Shown here: in pieces, positions 13,066 through 24,463 of the stretch
Numbering within the stretch: position 1 is the stretch's first letter
Layout: every line of letters begins with the position of its first letter
From: Hormiphora californensis
Taxonomy: Eukaryota > Animalia > Ctenophora
NCBI GenBank assembly: GCA_020137815.1
Contig: CM035350.1
Span: forward strand, 7,564,001-7,628,000
Reading direction: 5' to 3'
DNA length: 64,000 nt
Translations under genes and position numbers: made by a program
Notes under the pieces: model-generated
Seen by the model: only the letters and a program-made list of their open reading frames with translations
Databases searched by the model: none
What the model was told of the DNA's origin: nothing

Positions 13066-16000
13066 CTATTTGATCTTAGTCACTTTATAATTGGTCAGTA
13101 GGAGCGATACAATTGCTGCAGCGCCACAAAGGCTTGTCATGGAGTGGTATATCACGTCCCAACTCTCAAACATGTCCACATATTTTAGTAGGAAACTGAA
13201 ACCCAGAACGGCCAGACCAGGACCAGCTCTCACTAGGCCATACTTGATACCAAAGTCTCGTTTCCCAAAGTATGTGTAGAGGCAGGTCGTGAAGAGGATT
13301 TGAGAGGCGAATATAGCACCGTTCAGACACATGCACACCAGATAGAGAATGTCTGGGTAGAAGTTACTGAAAAAGAAAGGGGATTTAGTTTCAAATTGTT
13401 TAAAACAGCACGTTTGACTAAAACGAGACTACTAATACGGGGAATGGGATACAAAAAGAATTGTTGACTGAGTATTGAAGTCCAAGTACCTGAAAAGGGA
13501 CCAGTAGACTGATTCCACACCCGCCATTCCCAAAATAGCTGCCCCAATAATAAGATACTTGCTCCGGAACCGGTCCGATAAAGCACCCCACATCAGACGG
13601 CCGAGGGCGTTCACAAAGTTTCCCGCTACTGCTATCGTGGTCAGAAACTGGTCACCTGATGTATGGGGAGAGAGGTCAGGTATTGAAATTGTGAGAATGA
13701 TTGGGGGTGAGGCGCATGCAGCATATTTTATAAGTCTGTTAAGTGTCCTACAAGTACATTATGTGACAATATGTGATAATATGTGGTTTTTGGTGGGGAT
13801 TTCGGGGTTTATTACATCTCCACCTCTCACTTTAACCTACTTTTGATGACAGTCAGACCGTATGCTTTGTAGTAAGTGTAAAGCATTGTCCGGCAGATTT
13901 TAGCAACACTGTACACGATAGTGATGATGTAGAAATCACATCGATAGAAGAGGGAGGTCCACGGGCCACTTAGATCAGCCTTGGAACCTGATTCATCATC
14001 ACTCAAATTGAGACCCTCCTCCTCATCCTCAAGAATCTCATCTATAATGACTGTATCCGCTTTGGTACGGTAGGAAGACTGGGACTGCGATATCTTTCGG
14101 ACTAACTGAGGGGAATTATAGATGGGGATGGTTTAAAGTTGAACTATCCATGTCTGATTAGACGGAAATGAGAGTAGTTTTTAATTCGGATATTAAATAT
14201 TATGTGAAATATATGAGGGTTTCTGCAGGCAACTATCCAGATCCTTGTTATAGTTGTTAGATCGATCAGACGGAAATGATGCAGGTAGTTTTCAAATATA
14301 TGAGGGTTAGCAGGTGGCCCAGCTAACATGCAACTCAGTAACTAGGGCATCCGGATATTCGGTGACCTGGGACATATATTGCCTCTGCTCTCGCGGGCAT
14401 ATTATTATATTACTATTATATACACGTACATATTTATCAGAGATAGCACATGTATATATTTATCAGAGATAGCACTAGCACCACTAGCCTACCTACCTTG
14501 TAGTCAGGGAAGGAAGCGTGGGAAAGGTCATAGTTGAGTGATCGAACAGAACGGACGTAAGCAATGTCGTCCGACTCTTCAACCAGAAATTCGCCCTCCT
14601 CAATGAGCTCTTCTTCTGCAGGGGTAGTAAGGTTTAGAAATTGAAGTTCGGTGACATATGTCAGTGTCATATATTCTCAGAGGGAGTAATATATGAACAG
14701 AATTCCGTTTAAAAAGTTAACTCGTTTAAAAATATAGTAAAATTTTCAAGACTCTAACCGATCTCGTCATTACCACCCTTCTCTTACCCTGTGGTAAGGA
14801 AATGAAGCAAGCAGTTAGGGACGAGAGGTTACAAAGGTAGCAATACCAAGTCCCAGGAAGTAGATTGGGATCATATTGAGTACGGCAGGTTCCTCAAAAT
14901 AACCGCTCTCTGCCACAGGTAAGTTGGAGGGGTTGATGACAAGGTTCCCCAGGATGGAGAAGAATGTGGACCCAATACTCTCTGAGAAACTGATGATCCC
15001 TATGGCAATACCCTTGTTCCTCTTGCCCCACTCCATGCACACCACTGTATAGGGGGAGAATTTCCAGTTAGAATTGCTGTTGATTAACAAGCTGACATTG
15101 CGTAGCTGCTATGATTAATCAATATGCTGCTGTAAACTACAGTAGTTTGGAATGTTTTGGAAATATATGGGGCTACATCTTTGAGTTTGGGCAACAGAAG
15201 TAACAGACTCTGATGTCACTAGAAATGTGTATCAACAACTGAAGTACCTATAATGGTGGCTTGAATGATAGCGCTGAAGAAAGACAGGGCTGAGGTGACG
15301 AACACAAATGCCCAATAACTCTGAAGTGCGAAATAACAGGACGCCGTACAGACAGAGAGAAACAAACTTGCCAACACTGCCGTCTGTTTTATACCTAGCA
15401 TACTGGGGAGGAGGGATGTTAGTATGTTTTATACCTAGCATACTGGGGGAGGAGGGATGTTAGTATGTTTTATACCTAGCATACTGGGGGAGGAGGGATG
15501 TTAGTATGTTTTATACCTAGCATACTGGGGGAGGAGGGATGTTAGGCTCTTCTAAGTTTGTCACGTACCCCGCTACTTCTCTTTTTTATTTGTTTTCTCA
15601 TGCAGAGAGGGGAGGTGGAGGTGACTACATATTATTATTATATAAAAACCGCAGCTCAATCTCGCATGCTTTTCTTTGTGACAATCATGCTTTTCTTTGT
15701 GACAATCATTATGAATCGCTGAAATATACTAATCTCTCTAGTAGTAGTCAAGATGTCTAGTCTTGATGTCACAGTGACATCTTGACTAGACAGTCACTCA
15801 TAGTTAAACTATTAAGTTATAAATACCAAAAGAATAAATTTCATAATCATAATGCTCCCAAAATGTATTCAAAACCCAATGTTTTAAAGGGAAAGCTTGA
15901 ACAAATCATTGTTCATGTTAAGCCTCTTCAACATCAATAAAGATGCCTGATCATGTCCATCCCGCACGGTGCAGTGCACCACGATGACCTTCAGGAAGGT

Positions 16001-16406
16001 CTTACCTAACACCTACAATCGTTACACTACCCTTGAGCACGCCGTGCCCTATTATATACTCACTTGATCATGAATCCGGAGCACCAGGAGAGGGTGTTAA
16101 ATGCCACGTTGTTCAGTGCTACCAGTAACGCTATATCGCTGAAAAAGGGAGGGGTAAAGGACCCGTTTACAAAAAGTACCCGGGTATTACGATACTGGAA
16201 GTGGAAACACAAATAGTCTATGGGATGGCAAAAATTAAAACTTATATCACGAATATAAAATCAAAAATTTACCTGTATTTCAGCGTGAGATCGTACAACC
16301 GTAGATAGCTGAGAATGTAGGGCACGTAGGTTCCAAAAGCACCAAAGACGGCGGATATCATAATGTTGCAGATGCACCCCGCTATGATCATTAATACCGC
16401 CCTCAT
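13066..16406 (-). CDS. MFS transporter, oxalate:formate antiporter / monocarboxylate-like (spliced, ~8 exons)
   Basis: Start MRAVLMIIAGCICNIMISAVFGAFGTYVPYILSYLR (16406); exons near 16064-16139, 15247-15402, 14790-15047 (EWGKRNKGIAIGII..LVINPSN), 14498-14677, 13839-14107, 13488-13655 (NALGRLMWGALSDRF, MFS motif A), 13066-13367 (FGKRDFGIKYGLV). Many hydrophobic helices. Some boundaries approximate. Confidence 0.85.
15385..15545. repeat. 4x 40-42 bp tandem repeat spanning a splice acceptor of the MFS gene
   Basis: TGTTTTATACCTAGCATACTG(n)AGGAGGGATGTTAGTA repeated; units differ only in G-run length. Confidence 0.9.
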
Positions 16407-17929
16407 CCTGCCTGCTCCTGTGAGTGCAGGGGTGGAAGATTAGTTGAAACTAAAACTGCATGATATAAGTAAGACGTTAATAATTAACTTAATCGGGGAT
16501 ATCAAAACAGATAGATCAATTCTGGATTTCGAAGCGGCTTTAAATTAAACACCCCCCTAATATGATAAAGAAGTAAATGTATGCGGATGTAGAGATTAGA
16601 AACAGATAAAGTAGGGAGATGAAGAGTATAAATTAGGATTTAAAGGACAAATCTTACTAAGCACGCATAATAAAGGCGTGAAGCCGGATGCATCTAGACA
16701 TCTAAACGAATATATTGTTGTAAAACAGTAGAGTAGTTAATAACGGTAAAATCATAGTTTTGAATATTATAAGTATTCATAAGTTTAGTTCTTAAGAACT
16801 TCAATCAAGATAAGCAAACCGTACACTTTGATAACGCGTAGAGTTATTATATATGGACGGCTGCAATCAGTATAATAATACAATTTAAAGCTCCTAGGAA
16901 CAGCTGATATGACTGATTAGGCCTGGGAAACCCTAACACACAATTCGAATATTCGATTCGGCATATAATTAATTTTTCATAGGCCAACATCATATAATAT
17001 GCCTTTATACTTAGTAACTATCACAAATATTAAAAGTTTAACAACATTCACATGTGAATGTCGATTGTCGAATGATTTTGATCACAATTATGATTGTTTT
17101 AAAGTTTTAACATGTCGTTACCATGTCGTTACCATGTCGTTACTATCAGGCACAACAATCACTTGTCCAAGCACAAGACGTGTTGTTGCAGAAGTTATGG
17201 AACTCATGGCATGTTTATGGAACTGAACAAGGCCAAGGGACGTTCTTACTAAAGATGATAGTACAGATAGATAATACATAACCAAGATATAACTCCTGCT
17301 TTCCACAACTATTTGAGGACCGCGTTGGGAGAACTGTTTAGTCGGTAATGATAGTAGATCAGATGTATCAATATAGAGATCTGGAACTACCTCTGACATC
17401 AGAGATGACACCACACCCAACATAGAGGGGACCCCTCCCTGCACTGTACGTCCAACTAGATCTACTCACTCTCCAGAACTCTCACCCCTCCTTACTCACT
17501 GATCTCCACAACTCTCACCCCGGCCCTTCTTGCTATAGAACAGCCCCCCCCCCAACAAAAAGCTGTAGCTCTTTTAACAATAACAATGACTCGCGCTAGG
17601 AATTAATTTGCTTCTAATACCATTGACTGACCATTATATGCACCACATCTCGAGAAGCTATGCCTCACGCAACTAGACTACTGTACTATAATACTGACCA
17701 GACTACCGTGCTATTATAGCCAGTTTTCACAACGCAGTGGCGCGGTCCATGAAAAAGTGGGCACGAGGAGTTACACTTACAGAGTACTTAATTTATAGTT
17801 AGTATCATGTATAATCAATAATCCCGGGTTTATATCCCCACTTTGAGGCGAGGTTTTTAATTGTCTGGGTGTCTAATTGGGTTTCGTCTAACTGCTATTT
17901 ATAGACTCCGTGAGGAAAAACTAGTATTA

Positions 17930-18101
17930 CAGTCGGACCCCGATTTAACGGCACCCTCGGTGGAAAGGGTTTTATCCGTTAAATCGGGGTGTCCGCTAAA
18001 TCGGGGTCGAATACTGTTAGTTTCCTATATCGGGGGAAGATTATCATGCCGTTAAATCCGGGTGCCGTTAAATCGGGGGCCGTTAAATCGGGGTCCAACT
18101 G
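17930..18101. mobile_element. Tc1/mariner/pogo-type MITE (CAGTCGGACCCCGATTTA family)
   Basis: TIR CAGTCGGACCCCGATTTAACGGC / GCCGTTAAATCGGGGTCCAACTG with TA flanks; related copy at 57124-57280. Confidence 0.85.
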
Positions 18102-20158
18102 TACTAATGTTTTGCGGCCGAATCCTCACAGAGCATGAAAAAAATGCAGTGTGAGATACACAATATTAAAGTTCTCAGTGGCACTCCCGTGAAACTAATT
18201 TCGAGATCTCGAGATATATATCTCGGCGGTCACACACCAACCACCAAATACCAAGTACAAAGATCATATCACACAAGACTCGTATCAAGGCGAGACTAAT
18301 TAGTAATTAACTGTCTGACGAAGCGTTCAACCCAGCTACATGCCTATACTAGGTGTTGCGACAATGCGTGACAGCAAATGACAAGGTGGGAACACCCTGC
18401 ACCGTTAGCTAAACACATTACTAGCTGTAGAGTGCATTGAAAGACCCCATTTTGTGTTTTCGCCATGACCAGGAAGACGTGTTACTCTAATTGGGTAAAC
18501 CCTCTCTCCTCTTCTCTTTCAGCCACTTATACTCTGTCCCTGCCTGCCCAACACCGGCTCCGCGGAAACACTGGAAGGAACTGTACCGCGGGCACTACCA
18601 GGGCCGGAGACTGAGCGGCGACACGATACATAAAGGCATGCTATCCTAGTGGAGAAACGATTTTCAAAAACTGTACGCAGACGCATCGTTTGTGTAACGT
18701 GTGGGTACTAAACTAATTAAGTGCACTTTTTCAGCACGATCTAGGGCTGTGATTGGTCAAGCTTGGGGTCTCCTAACGGTATATTTCATCGAAACGGTTT
18801 GTAATTGCGACACCGTTTTCCACTACAATCATACCTAAGAAAAGTTCATTCTGATTGCACACATGTGTGTGTGTCCCACCACAATTGCAGCTATTGGATT
18901 TCTGGGGACATTGCATTATTATAATGGCATAGACTTCAGAGATCACGGACAACCTAATAATATCGACTAGTATAATACTGATCTATATACAGCAAGCGGT
19001 ATCTTAAATTATAATGTTTTTAGGTGATCTCCAATGAGAGATTGACTTATGATTACCAATAAACTACATTGGCCTACTGTTTAAACAAAAGGACTGCAAG
19101 AATGTCAATCATGATTGTCTCGTCCGAATTAACGGCCAAAGATGGCAAGGCAAATATATGGGAAACCATGTGATATGATGCTTGTTAAGATAAGAGAAAT
19201 GAGAGTGGATAGGAAGTGAGTTTAAAAGAAAGATTATAGTGAGCGAAGGAAAATTAACTGAGCTGCGTGTACTACAACGTCATGTTCCAAATGTTTTTTT
19301 AAATTTCATTATCGCCCATAAAAAGAGGCACTTGGCCACTGTGCCAATTTCAATCATCAGCTACTCCAGATCCCAGCCCCTGTCCAAAAAAAGGGGTAAA
19401 CTATTTTATTGAAGTCTAGAAGTGGATTCAGAGAACACACTTTATATAACATGTCATTGAGTTCTGCTGCAGGCGAGTAAATATTCGATCGACTATTCAA
19501 AAACACAGAACCAAGACTATTCTGAGAATTTTGTAGGCGACATTAATTACTTTATCGTAACTAAACTCCAAGAATTTGGGAAATTGCTTTAGACTTGGAA
19601 CTGGAAAGGAAGTTATTAAATGGATTATGAAGTTGAACCACCTAACAACTTCTGAAGGTGGTTGCTGTGAGGAAACACGTCTCAATCAACTACATACTCC
19701 TAGACATGGTACTACCATGGCTAGGAGTACCGAGTAGGTACTAGTTGTGTTAGTGTCAAACTATAATCACAATTCACATTTCACCCTAATTCGTGTAGGG
19801 GTAAACAAGGGGTCAAGGGATGAACAAGGCCCGTGGGACCCTGTAGATATCAAAAAACAGAAATGGTCCCTCCTTCCCCTCCTCTCAAATTACATTAATA
19901 TCTCAAGTCAGCAATATCACAAATATGCTCCAAATATGCTAATAGCATCACATACTAATCAGGGTGTAATGACATGCATGGTCTGACAAGTAACCAGCCT
20001 TCTCACATGAGTGATACAATTAAACACATATTATATGTGTGTCTCGTCGTGTGGGTCGCGTCGGGTTAGTGCAATTATTTGGGTTCCTGGAATACTAATA
20101 TTATACACAATATTATGCCGCGTAGTACTTATACACAGATGGAATCCAGGTAGGGCCA

Positions 20159-20540
20159 GTGTCCACTAATCTAGGTAGGGGTGTCACTAATCTAGGTAGG
20201 GGTGTCACTAATCTAGGTAGGGGTGTCACTAATCTAGGTAGGGGTGTCACTAATCTAGGTAGGGGTGTCACTAATCTAGGTAGGGGTGTCACTAATCTAG
20301 GTAGGGGTGCCACTAATCTAAGTAGGGGTGCCACCAATCTAGGTAGGGGTGTCACTCATCTAGGTAGGGGTGTCACTAATCTAGGTAGGGGTGTCATTAA
20401 TCTAGGTAGGGGTGTCACTCATCTAGGTAGGGGTGTCACTAATCTAGGTAGGGGTGTCATTAAGCTAGGTAGGGGTGCCACTAATCTAGGTAGGGGTGTC
20501 ACTAATCTAGGTAGGCGTCATGGGTGTCACTAATCTAGGC
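20159..20540. repeat. 21-bp minisatellite (GTCACTAATCTAGGTAGGGGT) x ~18
   Basis: Direct tandem units visible in the sequence. Confidence 0.95.
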
Positions 20541-21307
20541 TATGGCCAGTGTCATTATCAGAGCGTGTTTTGGAGAAAGCAGTTCAGGAAGTTTCACTCA
20601 GTATTTCCACAATTCAATCTTGTCAAACCGTAATATCAGAACCTGAATTTGCCCCATGGTAGCCATAGACCCTAGCTGAAGTAGGCCTAAATATGAAATA
20701 CTTGATTGTTATTCAGAATTCCTATATAACTACCATATGACGTATGAGGTAGTAGAAGAACAGACGAATTAACGCGAGTGGAAGTAAATTGCTAGAGAGC
20801 TAGTTATGTGACTAGAGGAACAATTCCAGAGTACCCCGTACAATTCCCTTCAGTCTGACTAAAGAAATAGCTATTATATTTTCTAAAATCCCCTCCCTTA
20901 TAACGTTCTGACCTAGTTTGACGGTTATCGCCCCCGCCGTGAAAATTCTCAGGGTGGTTTCACTGGTTAAGTCATCCGATTTTTTAGAGAGAAAAATGCC
21001 GAATTTCGCTGTGGGAAAAGAAATAAAATCTCAGTTCATGACAAGGTGTTCAACTGCTGTAGTAGTAAAATTATCGGGGTAAAGTAAAAGTCGCCTCTAC
21101 AAAACGGACGGTTTTTTGTAGGCCAAAATTTTTTGGTTCGGTTCATAATTTTTGCTGAAAACCGTCCGTTTCCTAGTTACCTCATGAAAATGGTACTTCC
21201 ACTTAAATTCTCCTAAAACATCACACCAGAAAACAATAGCAGAATATAAATCAGTGATTATATAAGACCTACAATATTGCGATCACACTACGTGAACCTC
21301 CTAATTA

Positions 21308-23269
21308 TCACGTGACCTGGTCCTCGTTTGTATAATAATGTTCCTCCATATGTCGGGTAAACTTGGTTACAATTACCGTGAGGGGCAGCGACAGGAAAAT
21401 AACCCCGGCCATAATGGCCACTGATGCAACACTAAGACCCATCCAACTAGTTGGCACAACATCCCCATACCCAATGCCGGTAACGGTTACAACCGCCCAC
21501 CACATGGATACTGGAATGGAACTAAACCCAGGTGTCCTACCATCCAAACACTCTATATAGTGGATCACACTTGCAAAGACGAGGGTGATGATGAAGAACA
21601 GCCCGCACAGTACACACAGTTCCCGGGTTGATTTGAAGAGGAAATGGAAGATGGTGGTGAGGCCGTGGGAGTGTCTGATAACCCGGAATATCCGAGTTAT
21701 CCGGAGCATCCGGCTAAATCTCAGCACCACAAGAGTTTTGACATCCTTCTCGTCTAACAGCTTGATAATAACGGGAATGTAGTAGGGAAGAAGGGAGGTT
21801 AGGTCACAGAGATTCATGGAGCTGAGGAAGAATGTCTGTAATCTCGGCCAAGATAGCATTCGGAGAATAAAATCTGTGGTGAAAAACACCCAGCTGGTTA
21901 TTTCAATGATTGCATTAGTTTTTAATAAGATGTAACCCAGACCAATCGTAGTCTTCTCATCTTCTGTCCTGGTTGAATAACGTTTGGTATAGTCCTGCAT
22001 GTAGGGTTCAGATTCAACCATTAGCGCACTGATAGAGAGGAGTACAAGGATATTATCAAGGATCATCCAGAGAAGAGAAAACAGGGAACTCTGGGGGTTG
22101 GTAAGAAACAGGTACAACTTCAATTTGGCCAACTTGAGTCTGTTCCACCCGGGCCCATCTCTGATGTTCTCCAGTATTGTATCGCCGTCGTCTCCTGATC
22201 CGGACACCGCTGAGAACCTTCTCAATGCATATTGTATCCTGAAAAACTCCAGCTCCCTATTCAGGGCATCTCTATTTTTGTTGTCGTTAAGAAACCCAAC
22301 TGGTAGGTTGAGTGCGCCCGTTTGGTAAAACTGCAACACATACTCAAACAAGAATCGGCTTCTGTCAAAGAAATAACAGCCCATATCGAGTCTGTAGTAT
22401 TTGTTGATGGCTGCTGACCCCAGGAGTGTATCAGGATATTGTCGGAGAACAACATGTCTTACAACAAACTCTTCACCTCCCACATTAATTAGGATGCTAT
22501 TGCTGAGTGACCCGGGTCTCGTGCCCCCTCCACCGCTTGGACCCTGGGTGCACGTTGTCAGTGATTTGCTGTCATCCCCTTCCTGGGGGTCTGGTGACAA
22601 CATTGACATACGGGACTCCCGGACAAAGTGTTTGATACTATCCCCAACGTTCATCTTAACCTCAAATATGTCCGCCACTTTTGATGAGTCCATGATGGGT
22701 GTCCGGAAATAATCGGACAGGGAGACATGTGAGCTGGATGCAAAGAGGGATGGTGTTCGTCGTTTCAGGGGTAGATTGTTTGGTGCCTGCCTGATGTACC
22801 CTGGACTGATTGTATTGAGAATGTCCCTCAGCCCGTCACCCCGTCCTGTCCTCCATTGCTGACTACCATCCGATATATTTCCCAGAGAGGGTCGTCTCTT
22901 TTTCTTGGACATCTTCACCGTGCACCCACTACTCCCCCCGACCGAGGGTGTGGGTAGGGATTTGTGGGTCAACATGAGGGGAACAGCTTCAGGTGCCTGA
23001 TCACGATGTATAGCAAGGCTCCTAGGAGACATCTCTGGAACATTGGACAGAGCAGTCTCGTAGGACTGGGAGGAAGGTCCCCTCGATTTGGGTTTCCGGG
23101 GTTGGCGGAGAGTGTTCAGGTCTGGAGGTTCCTTCTTCTTCCTCCTTCGGTTGTGTCGTGGTCTGTCTCGGGGTGCAGGAGCAGTGGGAAGGAGGAGGTA
23201 GACACCATCGTTAGATACCCTACTGGAGGAGATGTCACTTGCTGCTCCGGCTGACGATGAGGATTGCAT
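21308..23269 (-). CDS. Intronless Shaker-family voltage-gated K+ channel subunit (653 aa)
   Basis: T1 domain (ILINVGG..YPDTLLG..FFDR), S1-S6, S4 LRFSRMLRITRIFRVIRHS, pore WWAVVTVTGIGYGD, S6 LSLPLTVIV. Confidence 0.95.
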   Translation of the reverse strand: MQSSSSAGAASDISSSRVSNDGVYLLLPTAPAPRDRPRHNRRRKKKEPPDLNTLRQPRKPKSRGPSSQSYETALSNVPEMSPRSLAIHRDQAPEAVPLMLTHKSLPTPSVGGSSGCTVKMSKKKRRPSLGNISDGSQQWRTGRGDGLRDILNTISPGYIRQAPNNLPLKRRTPSLFASSSHVSLSDYFRTPIMDSSKVADIFEVKMNVGDSIKHFVRESRMSMLSPDPQEGDDSKSLTTCTQGPSGGGGTRPGSLSNSILINVGGEEFVVRHVVLRQYPDTLLGSAAINKYYRLDMGCYFFDRSRFLFEYVLQFYQTGALNLPVGFLNDNKNRDALNRELEFFRIQYALRRFSAVSGSGDDGDTILENIRDGPGWNRLKLAKLKLYLFLTNPQSSLFSLLWMILDNILVLLSISALMVESEPYMQDYTKRYSTRTEDEKTTIGLGYILLKTNAIIEITSWVFFTTDFILRMLSWPRLQTFFLSSMNLCDLTSLLPYYIPVIIKLLDEKDVKTLVVLRFSRMLRITRIFRVIRHSHGLTTIFHFLFKSTRELCVLCGLFFIITLVFASVIHYIECLDGRTPGFSSIPVSMWWAVVTVTGIGYGDVVPTSWMGLSVASVAIMAGVIFLSLPLTVIVTKFTRHMEEHYYTNEDQVT

Positions 23270-23400
23270 TGCTAAAAGTAGGAGATAATCAACGAGATGG
23301 AAGAAGTACGGAAGTGAAGTAAGGAAGGTTTGATAGAGAGCGGTGGTAAATACGAGACAACTATACTGCTAATACCAGTCAAACGTCGTGTGTTTTTGGT

Positions 23401-23466
<66 letters not shown>

Positions 23467-23882
23467 TCTCTCTATCTCAATTCGATTACAGCTGAGCAAG
23501 CAGTAGGGAGATGCATCCCCCATACTGGAAACACATACACATTTGCTACTGTGGCACAATGAAGGCCACTGTAATGCAATTAAACGAGCCCTCTCTACAT
23601 CTAAAAGCAGGGTAGCGCGTGTGACAAGCAGTCCTAGGTGTGTGTGTGACCTTGTCCTAATGTCCCTGAGAGTCTACCCCCAGTTCTCACATACACACAC
23701 ACACAACATGACACAAGTCCTAACCTGGTGCGAGAATTGTTGGGCCCTGCAAACTGTTTAGGTCACTCCCATACGAAGTTTTTCCACCACGTGTATACTG
23801 CTGCAGTAGGTTTCATCATTCCGTAACTTTCTTCCGGAAACCTGGAGAAATATATACGGATTTAGAATAATAGAGAGAGAGA

Positions 23883-23915
<33 letters not shown>

Positions 23916-23944
23916 TGAGTGAGAAAGAGTGAGTGAGAAAGAGG

Positions 23945-24033
<89 letters not shown>

Positions 24034-24463
24034 TGTGTGTATGTGAAGTTTTGATGTAGGGCGTTTGTAAACTTGTCAGAAACGCGGCATATATGTTCAA
24101 TTGGATAAAACTTTAGTGCTTCTAAAAATCGTTCTATCACCACACTAAACCGTTATAAGGAATAGTATAATAAGTATACTATTCCTTCAGGTTTTCTTTA
24201 TTTTATCGCAATCACACTGTCTCTTTAATATATATTCTCGGACACCCCCCTCTATTATTTTTGGATGAATCCCGCCATCTAACCACTTAGCCTCTTCTGT
24301 CTGACTTTGACCCTTCCTCTGCTACTCACTAACCACAAGGGCATTATAAATGGTGCAAAGAGGGAGGGTATTGTACTGGGGATGGTGCAGAGAGAGAGGG
24401 GGGTATTGTACTGGGGATTTTGACCGGCAACCATTATTCACACCACGACATAAGAGATGAGGT

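Noticed and set aside
20113-20533. Heptad-repeat ORFs (TNLGRGV)n / (LVTPLPR)n
   Set aside because: By-product of a 21-bp minisatellite; no supporting gene structure.
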